Of a stretch of 64,000 nucleotides of DNA, positions 53,041-64,000 are shown in pieces. A program made the translations under genes and the position numbers. The stretch lies in assembly GCA_963514005.1 (NCBI GenBank), contig OY740807.1:29760001-29824000 (forward strand), written 5' to 3'. Numbering within the stretch: the first letter of the stretch is position 1; every line of letters begins with the position of its first letter. The notes under the pieces are model-generated. The model was given only the letters and a program-made list of their open reading frames with translations, was not told where the DNA came from and ran no database searches. This DNA comes from Raja brachyura. Lineage: Eukaryota.

Positions 53041-53649
53041 ACCACTGTGCTACATTGGTAAAACAGCCATAGAGTCAGAGCTATGTTGAACGGAAAGAAA
53101 AGTTTTGCCCAACTCAGCCATGCCAAACAAATTACCTAACCAAGTTAATCCCACTTTCCTGAGTCCGGTGACTGCTATTTGAAATTCTCTGTATAATTTT
53201 TAATATCACAATTACTTATGGTGATTGTAACACCTACATGTATGATCCATATGATTGCTAAATGCCATCAAAATAAAGTTTAAAAAGTGGACAGCACCAT
53301 ACAGTAAATATAAACAGAGTTTAAAAAAAAACAATTAAAAAAACATACTTCTGTCTGAAGAAGGGTCTTGACCCTAAACGTCACCCAATCCTTTACTCCA
53401 GAGATGCAGCTTTTTGTGTCGTACTTCGGCAGTAGTTGGCCTGATTTCCCTCAGCAAAACCATTTTGCTGTCTTCATCTGACCACTAGAGGGACTTCATA
53501 ACAACAAAATTATCAAAGTTCTCTCTCCCTCCTGGGGAAATGTGGATGAAAATCTTCAAGTTAATCTACTCAAAATAATACATTACAACAAAACAAAGTA
53601 ACATTTCAATATTTTACAAGTTCAATTTGGTGGCTTTCTCATTCACTGA

Positions 53650-55640
53650 TTCATCTTGAATATCACTTTTCAAGACCTTCACTACACCAGGCTCAGTGAC
53701 AAGTGAAGAAACCTCCAGCTCCAGCAAATCCTCATCTTGTTCATTTGATGACAGAGACTGACAATGGTCAATGTAGTCTTGCTGATGCTTCAAAAGGCAG
53801 AGGGCTGCTAACTAGGTTTCTCAATATGTGTGTAACAGATCGTTTATGAAATGACAATCTTAAGTTCTACCTTCCTTGTTGGGAACACACAATATCTGAA
53901 ACCTCGGGTTTCACTGGACCTAAATGCACTTTGATATGTCCATCCATCAGAACTCCACTGGTGTCTGCGCAGTAGTTGGATGTGGAGTACTTGATTGATG
54001 AAATGAGGAATGTGCAACCTTTGTCTCAGTGTCATCTCCTTCTATCTTGCACAGTTCATCTTTCAGTCTGAGCATCCCTTTCTGTCAATCTGAGCCTGGT
54101 CAGTGTGCAGCCCTGCAACATACTTGGTTCCATTGCTTCAGGGTAATTCAGCAAATACAATATCAGTGAAAATTGTCAGTCAAAAAAATCCCTGGAAACC
54201 TTAAAGATCACCTTCGGCTTTGAAATCATTGCTTGAGATGTAGGAGCATCTATCCTACAGGAACAGCTATCCACTTTAAATATTCATTTGCTACATTCAT
54301 CCAGGGTGGTAAGTAAGTCTTTTTAGACTGGGGGCATGTGATCAATGATGTGCTGCTGGAACTGGTGCTGGGTCCTTTGCTGTTTGGGATATCTATTCCT
54401 TAATAATTTGGATGAGTAAGTTTAAAGATGACACCAAAATCGGTGGTGTAGTGAACAGTGAATTAGGTTGTCCGAGGTCACAACATGATATAAGGAATGT
54501 GTGCAAGTTGGAATTGATTTCAGACAGGTGCAAATATAAAGAGAGGCCGCATCTCTGGGTAGAAGGAATGGTTAACGTTTCGGGTCGAGACCCTTCTTCA
54601 GACTGAGAGTCAGGGGAGAGGGAGACACAGAGAAAAGGAAGTGTAAAGTGTGAAAACGAGACATCAAAGGGGATGAAGGTCAAGGATAATGTAAAATAGA
54701 TCATTGTTAGCGAGGAGAAAGTGACAACGAAGCATACAGATAAAATGTAATCAGGGGTCAGACAGACTGGTCGGAGAACTAGGAAGGGGGAGGGATGCAC
54801 AGAGAGAGAAAGCAAAGGTTATTTGAAGTTAGAGGAGTCAATATTCATACCGCTGAGGTGACAGCATTCTCAGTCATAAGATGCTCTTTGATATGCTTTC
54901 CTTCATTGAACACAAAAAAAATCTCCTGTACATTTCCATTTGGCTGTCTATCAATCCAACAGTTGTACTGAATGTTCTTTAACCTAATATTGTGTGTAGA
55001 TCTGAACAGTAAACTATAAGGATGTCATTAACCTTGATAGGGTGTAGAAAAGATTTGCAAGTATGGTACCTGGATTGGAGGGCTCAAGATACAAGTCGGT
55101 CCTGTGTACAATGCTCTTTAATGTTCTTCCCAATAGGTTTCAGCGTGATTATTTGAGTTTGTCTGGGTCTTAATGTACTTTTAAACAAATGTCCCTTCAT
55201 GCCACAATTATTGGAACCAGAACCTTTGTGTGTGCAGTCATCAGCTTGATATAACTTGCCACCACAGTGATGACATCTTCCCCTCGGGTCGTTCTTCCCT
55301 TTTCTCAAGGATGCTGGGGCCAATCGTATTAGCACTCGGGGCCTTTGCATGGTGCTAATGATCCTGTGCTTGCTGGACCGCTGTCTCCGTTACTTGGGCA
55401 ATATCAAATGTCTGCCTGACATCCACATATCAGCCGCTGAGACGGCTATGAAATACACAATCCATAACCTACATCATGAATCATTTAACAATCCATCTCA
55501 AACCTACTACAAATTCTTCAACGATTTCACCTGCATGCTGATTATAGCTATTAAACTGGCATTACTGCATTATTGGACTGATGGCGGTGAGTTGCAAAGT
55601 TCATCGGTATTTCTTGACACCTAGAAGCCAGGGTAAAATG
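53650..55640 (-). mobile_element. Decayed Gypsy LTR-retrotransposon remnants (gag zinc knuckles, integrase end), interrupted by other repeats
   Basis: RCHHCGGKLYQADDCTHKGSGSNNCGMKGHL at about 55190-55280; STPHPTTAQTPV and VKPEVSDIV integrase-like remnant at about 53890-54000. Confidence 0.5.
54545..54860 (-). mobile_element. Penelope-like element 3' end
   Basis: SGMNIDSSNFK* GIY-YIG tail plus terminal repeat with hammerhead core. Confidence 0.75.
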
Positions 55641-55953
55641 TATCTTTTGCATTCTGTAAAGTCATGGGAAATGAAAAGGGATTCTATCCTTTTTGATATT
55701 ATACATGTATCATTCGATTGAACAATGGAAAGAATCTAAAATATCATCTTTGATCATATGAACATACACTGTTACATTGCAATGATGCAAACACAGAAAC
55801 TAATCAGTGAAATCCAATTCAATCTTTGCAACCTTGCTAAAGGGGTCCAGTAAAAAACAAAACTATCTAAACAAAACATGCAAAATTCCTCTTGCAATTA
55901 TGTTGCCAATTATCATGTCAGCACGTAGTACATGTGAACTGAGTGGAAACTTA

Positions 55954-56174
55954 TGCCCCTGTCCCACTTAGGAAACCTGAACGGAAACCTCTGGAGACTT
56001 TGCGCCCCACCCAAGGTTTCCGTGCGGTTCCCGGAGGTTTTCATAGCAGAAGCGGAAACCACTTTCGACCATTAGGGTGACTCACAAAAATCTCCGGGAA
56101 CTGCACCGAAACCTTGGGTGGGGAGCAAAGTCTCCAGAGGTTTCTGTTCAGGTTTCCCAAGTGGAACAGGGGCA
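55954..56174. mobile_element. PIF/Harbinger-type MITE, near-palindromic
   Basis: About 87-bp TIRs starting tgcccctgtcccactt; TTA TSD on both sides. Confidence 0.85.
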
Positions 56175-56714
56175 TTACACTGTTCTGTAACGGTCAAACA
56201 AATATTTTCTCTATGCAAGGCCACCATTGTCTTTGACTCTGAGGCAGTTTCCCTCGAGCAGCATCTGCAGTCTCTTGTAGTGCCACCATTTTCTCATCAT
56301 TCATCCACAAAAGGGACTCACTCCAAATATTTGAAGAGGTCTGGCCTCTCGAAGCATTACCAGATCCATCCAGATCAATTGTTGAGCTTCAAAAGATACA
56401 TCCTCAATGTGCACAGAGCTGGTTAGTAGAGAATTCTCTGTGCTAACAAGCCAAACAGCAACCAAAACAAACCCAAAACCTAGCCACATCTCTCATTGCT
56501 CTCTGTGGAATCCTGTCACTCCCCAATTGTCTCCTGCATTTCTTTACTATACATCATTTTGAAGTTCCAATTAATGGGTGTAGTTTATTTCCCATTTTTA
56601 ACTACAATCTGGGTTATTATTTTATATAATTTCCAATTTTATAAAATTAGATTTCCCATGAATGTATACAATTTCAAATCCTTCACATATAAATATGCCA
56701 AACAATGTTCATCC

Positions 56715-57332
56715 TTCATCCAGGAAGGAGAGAAACGGAGGACGAACCCCTTGCCTCTCAACTCGTGCCCACTGAACGCAGCCAGGGACTGGGAAATGCG
56801 TGTTGACCTAGGCCAGAGGCTTTCGTTCCCAGTTGAAATCGCAGTTACCAACCTGCGACCAGACCTCGTTCTCTGGTCCAACTCCTGTCGCCGTATTTTC
56901 ATCATTGAGCTGACGGTCCCATGGGAGGAGGCTGTGGACAAGGCTTATGAAAGGAAAAAGCTTCGATATTCAAACCTTGCAGCAGAGGCAGAGGAGAGAG
57001 GTTGGAAGGTAAGGGTGTGTCCAGTGGAGGTAGGGTGCAGGGGCCTTGTAGCCAGTTCGACCGCAAGGCTCCTGAGGGAAGTAGGAGTCAAAGGGCAGGC
57101 ACAAATAAGGGCAATAAAATAACTTGCCAATGCCGCCGAATGGAGCAGTCACTTGCTGTGGCTGAAGAGGAAAGATGCTGTCTGGGCTGCCACGTGACCA
57201 TCTAGAGGCTAACAATAAGACACACACCCAGGTCTGATCAACCTGTGGTGGGCCTGCCTCGACTGAGGGTGTCTTGTGATAAAAGGCCAAAACACCCAGT
57301 GACGTTGAGATACACAACTGAAGATGTGTCTG
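56715..57332 (+). mobile_element. HERO-like (R2-group) non-LTR retrotransposon 3' end, REL endonuclease
   Basis: DWEMRVDL...LRPDLVLWS...IIELTVPWEE...YERKKLRY...PVEVGCRG; in-frame stop at 57120-57122. Confidence 0.85.
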
Positions 57333-58348
57333 ATTGTTAGCAAAATTCACCTAGTGGTCATACCCAAGAATGTCAATTGTAGTGAAATCTTTGGGATTGT
57401 AACATCCAGTCCTACTAATCAATTATTATGTGAAATTGCCAAAAAATGTTTTAAAAATCAAAGCTCTATCATGTATTGCAATAAGACGCCACATTCAAGC
57501 TCATCATACAAGCTCCATTGTGGGCAATAGCTCACAATGCTCAGCACTTTTTTAAACTGTGCATTGTGATGAGGAAGTCAGAGACCCACTGAGGGGATGA
57601 TCGTACACCTGACTTCATGCTCCAAACATGGATTCACCATCAAATACCAGATCATTCCAAGCTGAAGTGGTAAATCTGGCTCTTCAGCTTTGACACCAGC
57701 CATGCAGTAAAAGGTTCAGGTTAGTTTGTTCATTTTTCTTTATTTCACATAGATAAAATACATTAAACAGTAAATTAAAACAAAGTTTAATTATTTTAAT
57801 TTTCTTTAAATTATTTAAATCCACTTAAACAGTTCTTAAATTTCTCTGAATATCTGCAACATTTAAAAACTGTGAAAATGCCTGACAGCAGCTTGCTACC
57901 AAAACTCATCAGGACAGTGCTACGTTCTCCTGCCCAAAGCCTGGTCGTGACTTGCAGCCCTGTTTCCCTTCACAGAAAGGCTGCAAAGTGGAGCAGCCCC
58001 AGCTGACCCATCTTCAGGAAGAGCAGGTAGACTAACACATGGGCCACATGTCTGGACAAAGGGTGCGATCAACCCAGTATCTAAGTCAATGGGATCTGTG
58101 CATTGTTGCTGCAGATCTAGTTACAACTGGCTGCAAAGAAAAAATAACAATTCTGTAAACCTGTCTACTGGACAAAATACCTATTTTTGTCCTGACAAAT
58201 CAGGCTGCCACTATGTCTCCTGGCCCGTACTACATATCATGCTGTTCAGTGTCTGGCCGATCAGAAGGCTGAAGATGGAGGCATCATATGCTCATTAACT
58301 AAAACACAGTTGATCACAGCTGTCACTAGGAAATGGCTTTGTTATTTA

Positions 58349-59005
58349 AGGCAGACAAAAATGCTGGAGAAACTCAGCGGGTGAGGCAGCATCTATGGAG
58401 CGAAGGAAATAGGCAACGTTTCGGTTGGAAACCCTTCTTCAAACTGATGTGAGGGTGGGTGGGGGGTGTGGGAAGAAGAAAGGAAGAGGAGGAGCCAGTG
58501 GGCTGAGGGAGAGTAGAGAAGGGTAGGAGTAAGTAGGGACTATCTAAAATTAGAGAAGCCAATGTTCATACCGCTGGGGTGCAAGCTGCCCAAGAAAATA
58601 TGAGATGCTGCTCCTCCAATTTATGGTGGTCCTCACTCTGGCCATGGAGGAGGCCCAGGACAGAAAGGTCGGATTCAGAATGGGAGGGGGGAGTTGAAGT
58701 GCTGAGCCACCGGGAGATCAGGTTGGTTATTGCGGACTGACCGGAGGGTGTTCGGCGGAGCGATCGCCAAGCTTACGCTTGGTCTCAACGATGTAGAGTA
58801 GCTGACATCTAGAGCAGCGAATGCAATAGATAAGGTTGGAGGAGGTGCAGGCGAACCTCTGCCGCACCTGGAAAGACAGCTTGGGTCCTTGAATGGAGTC
58901 ATGGGGGGGGGGGGGGGGGTGGGAGGAGGTAAAGGGACAAGTGTAGCATTTCTTGGGGTTGCAAGGAAAAGTGCCCGGAGAGGGGGTGGGAAGGGACGAA
59001 TTGAG
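58349..59005 (-). mobile_element. Penelope-like element, GIY-YIG domain and terminal repeat
   Basis: FQVRQRFACTSSNLIYCIRCSRCQLLYIVETKRKLGDRSAEH and LPVAQHFNS, frameshifted. Confidence 0.88.
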
Positions 59006-59349
59006 TAAAAGTATTTGCGTTTCCATCTGCTATTATCCCAAATAATAATTAATGCTGTAGGAAGAAACATGACTAGAAACACTGCCTCTGGTATAATAAA
59101 GTCTTATTGAATTACAACTTATCGTACAAGAGCATCATAATTATAAAGGAAGCTATCCATAGTTCCAAATATAACGCAATTTGAGCACCAATTCTGGTCA
59201 GCAAAAGGACTAAACAAAAAGAGGCAACGGACAGCTATAAAACCGATCACAGATGTACACGGTTAAACTATTTAGAAAAGCGATACCCACGTACAAATTC
59301 TTAAATTGTACATGCATGTCAACTGTGACTTAATCGGCGTCATATCTTT

Positions 59350-59670
59350 GAGGAAGAAGGTTGTGCATTCAAGACCCACTCCACAGACCTGGACACAAAA
59401 ACACAATGCAGAAGCAAGGATGTGCTGTATTATTGGAATTGTTATCGTTCATTTGAATGGTTAACCCAAGACTCGGTTCAACTCCTTCTGTGAGAGTGTT
59501 AGAGTCCATGGCATTCTCTGAAGACCTATTGTCATTCTTGGTACCAAGCCATTTTTTATCCTACAATTAACATCACCAAAGCAGATAATCTTGAAACTAT
59601 CACATTACTGTTTCCAGGATCTTTCTGTGTACAAATTGGTTGTTAATGATTACACTTCAAAATATTGTAG
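59350..59670 (+). mobile_element. Ancient Deu-domain SINE remnant
   Basis: agaaggttgtgcattcaagacccactcca...ccatggca...aacatcaccaaagcagat...tgtgtacaaattgg. Confidence 0.6.
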
Positions 59671-59748
59671 TGAATATAAACAGGGCTTAATTTATTTGTT
59701 TTAACCAAGCTAAAATAAAAAATAAAAAAATCACAATCCTACTTAGAA

Positions 59749-59754
59749 TTTATT
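59749..59754 (-). terminator. Probable TBL2 polyadenylation signal
   Basis: AATAAA on the - strand about 1.3 kb after the stop, followed by ttgtgattttttattttt (GU/U-rich downstream element). Confidence 0.55.
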
Positions 59755-61086
59755 ACTGTTTCATTGTTGATACTTCAAATGTTGCATATAGCTTACAAGA
59801 CATGTATGCTGACTGCAGACCAATTCCACTTGCTTGTAGAGGTTATTGTAGGAGGTGCTGGTCAGTGGAATGTGAAAAGGGGGGGGGGGGGGGGAGAGGA
59901 GTAGAAACATGGATAAAAATACAGCAAATGGTTGACCTAGCCAAAGGTATGTGTGATCACATGAAAGAAGGGGAGATTCTTATGAAATGTATTCACTTTC
60001 TGAATTTACAATCGCAATCATGTTCCTGGCAAAAAAACTAACAGGGGATTGAGTCTAAAGGATCACATTTGGTGCGAAATCCACCCCTGGCATGTTTCAA
60101 AGGGAGCTTGCTGTAACTGCTGTGCAAGTTTAAACAAAGCGCCAGCGTAGAGTTAAGATTGTCCTTTTATCACTATGTCCAAATAGCAGGGACCTTCTTA
60201 AAATCAAAGTAAATAACCGAAAAGCTGTACCTTATTACCAACATCGGAAAATTCTGTGTCTTTGCTTTTTTGATTTAGTTACATTCACCAAACATTGCTG
60301 CTTCTTTGATGACTGATCCTTCTAATAACCAAAATGAATTGTTTCATGGAACATAAATATAAACTTAAGTGCTGGACCGAAAACAAAGTTTTAAATTGTT
60401 GAGCCACAAACAGGAGGAATCAAGAGGTATCATAAACCCAAATAAATGGAACAACATTTTAGGAGGAGAGTGAAATATCTTGATTGCCACTATATAAAAA
60501 GGTGCTATATGGCACCTTTATCAATATAAACCATAGATATATATCCAGGCAATAAGGTCCCAAACTTAAATGCTCAACTAATCGGGCTTGTTAAATTTCA
60601 GCCTGACCAGCTGAGTATTTGATCATTTTATTTTATGCACATCTGTGCCATTTTGCTTTTGGATTTATACAAAAATTGTTGATGGTTTCTACATGGTTCT
60701 ACATTTTGAATATTCATCACTTCAATACAAAATTAAACTCTGTAAACAATTGTTCAAAATTCCTCAAAACATTGCCAGTTGCTATACTCAACACATTAGT
60801 AATACGCAGTGTTGCAGTGGAACAAAACAATAAAAGACCAAGTACAAAGTTTGAAAATGTATATATTCTCATTTATAGACATTCCGCTCCAGCCAAAACA
60901 GATTTAAATTCAGTGCTGGGCATCAATTCCAGTGGTCCTTGAGGTTCTCTTACAGACAGCTGGAATCTAATGGCATGGGCTACTGTACCCACATGGTACA
61001 AGACATCATAAAGTGAAGTCATAGACATTCATCAGTCGAGAGACCCCAAAATCACAGGAAATGGAAGGCAACCTAGTTTGTCGCAG

Positions 61087-61543
61087 TTATGGATTTTTTA
61101 TACAAATTGCATCTAATGCATTCTTCGCATCATCGATCTGCTGCTGCAACCTCTCGCGCATTGCATCTGTTGTTGCTTTCCTTAATCTGCCTTCCATTTC
61201 TTCAATTACTGCACGGTAACCCACCACATTGTGGAATACCCGAACAGCACGATCGCCACTGGAAACTAAGAACCTACTGTTGATGTCAAAAGCCAAGCCA
61301 GCAATGTCCTCACCGTGCACATTTAGAAATTCTTCCTCCTGCCTGCCTGTCTTGGTGTTGTGCATCGTGATGTTGAAGCCATTGGAAATAGCTACCACCC
61401 TGGCATCAGGAGAAAGAGCGATTCGGCAAGAATCAGAAACATCGCACTTCATAGTTAACAACAAGTATGGATCTTGCTGCTGTTTGTACTGAACATCGGT
61501 GTCCCACAGCTTCCAGGTGCCATCTTTTGAAATTGTTGCCATT
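61087..61543 (-). CDS. TBL2: Transducin beta-like 2 (WD40 protein), last coding exon
   Basis: Acceptor tttcctggatAG|A ATG; (R)MATISKDGTWKLWDTDVQYKQQQDPYLL...CRIALSPDARVVA...VHGEDIAGLAFDINSRFLVSSGDRAVRVFHN...RERLQQQ* matches the TBL2 C-terminus. The previous exon is not seen in the window. Confidence 0.95.
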
Positions 61544-62388
61544 CTATCCAGGAAACAAATAATGATATATTTTTGAAATGACCATCGTCTGTATTTTTGT
61601 TAAAACAATATTTTAGACCAGAATCCATAACATTAGCATAACATTCAGACCAATCACTAATTTCTTTTTTTAATCATTCTTGCCCATAAATTAATAATTT
61701 ACTCAATTAATCCAAATTACCAGCTAAAATTGTGACATTTTTTGCTCTTGGCACTGTAATAATCTTGCTCGAAAAACCAAATGCAATCAACAAGTGGAAG
61801 CAGCCAAATGAAATGACACACTTAATAGTCACACCTAATATTAGTTCACATTTATCTTTTGAAACCATATGACATTTTTGTATGCTAGGCGAATTCTCTT
61901 GTCTAAAGCACGATAAAACATATTTAAGAGTCGTTTCTCCTTTGGATTTTTCGTCAGACATCTTAATGTATGCCCTCTGGTTTTCAAATCTACTACCGAT
62001 GAGAACAGTTGCCTTTTGTTTACTCCAATGGATCCTTGAAGAATGTGAATGCTCTACGAAATTTTCTCTCAACCCATTCTTTTCCAAAGTGAACACCACC
62101 AGCTTCTCCAGATTACCCATTAAATAAAGCCCCTCTTCTCTGGAACCACTCGTGAATTGCTTCTGCACCCCAAAACCTTCACACTCGCTCCAAAGAGAAG
62201 TATTGAGAAATGGAAACAAAATTCTAGCTGTGGATTGCACGTTTTACAAAAATTCAATACAACGTCACTGCATATAGTGCCCTCCATAATGTCTGGGACA
62301 AAGACCCATCATTTATTTATTTGCATCTGTACTCCACAATTTGAGATTTGTAATATAAATAATTACATGTGGTTAAAGAGCACATTGT

Positions 62389-63191
62389 TCTCCTCTATTT
62401 GTGATAAATGTAAGAATCTTGAAGCAAATTTAATACATAGTTTGGTAACGTGTCCACGGTTGAATTATTATTGGATTGAAATTTTTAAAGTTATTTCGGA
62501 AGTTCTTAAGGTTGAACTCGACCCAGACCCAAAATTAATAATATTCGGAATCCCGGAGCCAAATTTGGTACTCACAGTTAATCAAAGAAATTTTTTTGAT
62601 TACTGTTTAATAATAGGGAAAAAAATGATACTTAAATTTTGGAAGGGAACATTATCCCCAACAATTAAAATGTGGAAAGCAGAGATGTTGGAGACGTTGA
62701 ATTTGGAAAGAATTAGATTTGTCCTTTTGGACAGGTATAATTCTTTTGAATCGATATGGTCTCCATATATACAGTATTTAGAGAAGTAGCTATTCTTGGA
62801 ATCACGGCTCGACGGACACCCTACGGATCCGATGCGAATAACTTACTTATATTTGATATTATTGTGCATTTATTAGAGATATTTCTGAATGAAATAGTAT
62901 TTCGTATAATGACTTTAGTTTTTGTTTATATATATGTAATATTTTTGTTTTTCAAATTTTCCCTTTTTTTTTCTTTTTCTTTACGGTTGAAGTATGTGGG
63001 AAGAATTTTTTATTCCTTTTTATTTACTCTTTTTTCTTTTCTCTTTTATATATCCTTTTCTTTATTTCCAAAAAATAGAAGATATTAAGTATTGATATGT
63101 TATTTGTAGTAATATTGAATTAAGGTGTTAGTTTATAAAGTAAGCTTTACATTGTAAACGGTTTACTTCAAATAAAAAAATATTACACAAA
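62389..63191 (+). mobile_element. 5'-truncated L1-clade LINE inserted in the Tc1 left end
   Basis: CDKCKNLEANLIHSLVTCP (CCHC)...KFWK..PTIKMW..LERI...IWSPY*; aataaa and A tail; 15-bp TSD taaagagcacattgt (62374-62388 and 63192-63206). Confidence 0.9.
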
Positions 63192-63458
63192 TAAAGAGCA
63201 CATTGTCAGATTTTTGAAAGGCCATTTTAATTTCACCATGTAGAAATTACAGCAGTGTTGATACATAGTTCCCCCCCCCCCCCCCCCCCCTCCATTTCAG
63301 GGCACCATAATGTTTGAGACACATGTCTTCACGAGTGTTTGTAATTGCTCTGGTGTTTATAATTGCCTCCTTAATGCAGGTACAAGAGAGCTCTCAGCAC
63401 CTAATCATTCCTCCAGTCTTTCCATCACCTCTTGAAACTTTTATTGCTGTTTATCAAC

Positions 63459-64000
63459 ATGAGGACCAAAGTTGTGCCAATGAAAGTCAAAGAAGCCATT
63501 ATGAGGCTGAGAAACAAGAATAAAGCTGTTAGAGACATCAGCCAAACCTTAGGCATATCAAAATCAACTGTTTGGAACATCATAAAGAAGAAAGAGCACT
63601 GGTAAGCTTACTAATCGCAAAGGGACTGCAGGCCAAGGAAGACCTCCACAGCTGATGACAGAAGAATTCCCTCTATATTAAAGAAAAATCCCCAAACACC
63701 TGTCCGACAGATCAGAAACACTCTTCAGGAGTCAGGTGTGGATTTGTCAATGACCACCGTCCACAGAAGAATTAATGAACAGAAATACAGAGGCTTCACT
63801 GCAAGATGCAAACCACTGATTAGCTGCAAAAATAGGATGGCCGGGTTATAGTTTGCCAAGAAGTATTTAAAAGAGCAACTACAGTTCTAAAACAAAAAAG
63901 GTCTCGTGGACAGATGAGATGAAGATTAACATATCAGAGTGATGGCAAAAGAAAAATATGGAGGAGAGAAGGAACTGCCCAAGATCCAAAGCATACCACC
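63459..64000 (+). pseudogene. Tc1 transposase pseudogene (paired-like DNA-binding domain to first catalytic D)
   Basis: MRTKVVPMKVKEAIMRL...ISQTLGISKSTVWNIIKK, RPRKTSTADDRRI...ARCKPLIS, WTDEMKI; frameshifts and stops. Confidence 0.88.

Larger units (their letters stand above)
62275..64000 (+). mobile_element. Tc1-family DNA transposon (IR/DR type) in TBL2 intron, running off the window
   Basis: TA|tagtgccctccataatgt terminus; direct repeat ccataatgt.tg.gaca at about 62284 and about 63305. Confidence 0.8.

Noticed and set aside
56496-57122. 208-aa ORF as a host gene
   Set aside because: Chance fusion of flanking DNA with a truncated HERO endonuclease domain.
62157-62789. 210-aa ORF as a host gene
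   Set aside because: Chance fusion of flanking and Tc1-end DNA with the L1 ORF2 C-terminus.

Overview
Vertebrate genomic DNA, most likely a cartilaginous fish (skate/ray-type repeat landscape: HE1-like tRNA SINEs, CR1, Rex1/Babar, Penelope, Deu-type SINEs). It holds the 3' half of syntaxin-1A (STX1A, + strand) and, convergent to it, the last exon of TBL2 (- strand). Two observations stand out. (1) This STX1A carries a second, complete C-terminal module that I do not know from mammalian STX1A. A duplicated 111-nt exon for the C-terminal half of the SNARE helix (11923-12033, syntaxin-2-like) lies 76 nt upstream of the canonical exon, and a second transmembrane terminal exon lies at 19063-19140. 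RBFOX motifs are placed as expected for a neuronal/non-neuronal switch, resembling the syntaxin-3A/3B architecture. (2) A 142-bp insertion with an 11-bp target-site duplication (52899-53040, - strand) starts exactly at G1 of a well-formed minimal HDV/CPEB3-like self-cleaving ribozyme, i.e. a candidate ribozyme-headed SINE. Many small TSD-flanked Penelope-terminus hairpins with hammerhead cores are also present. All calls are from reading the sequence by eye; repeat boundaries are approximate unless a TSD is quoted.
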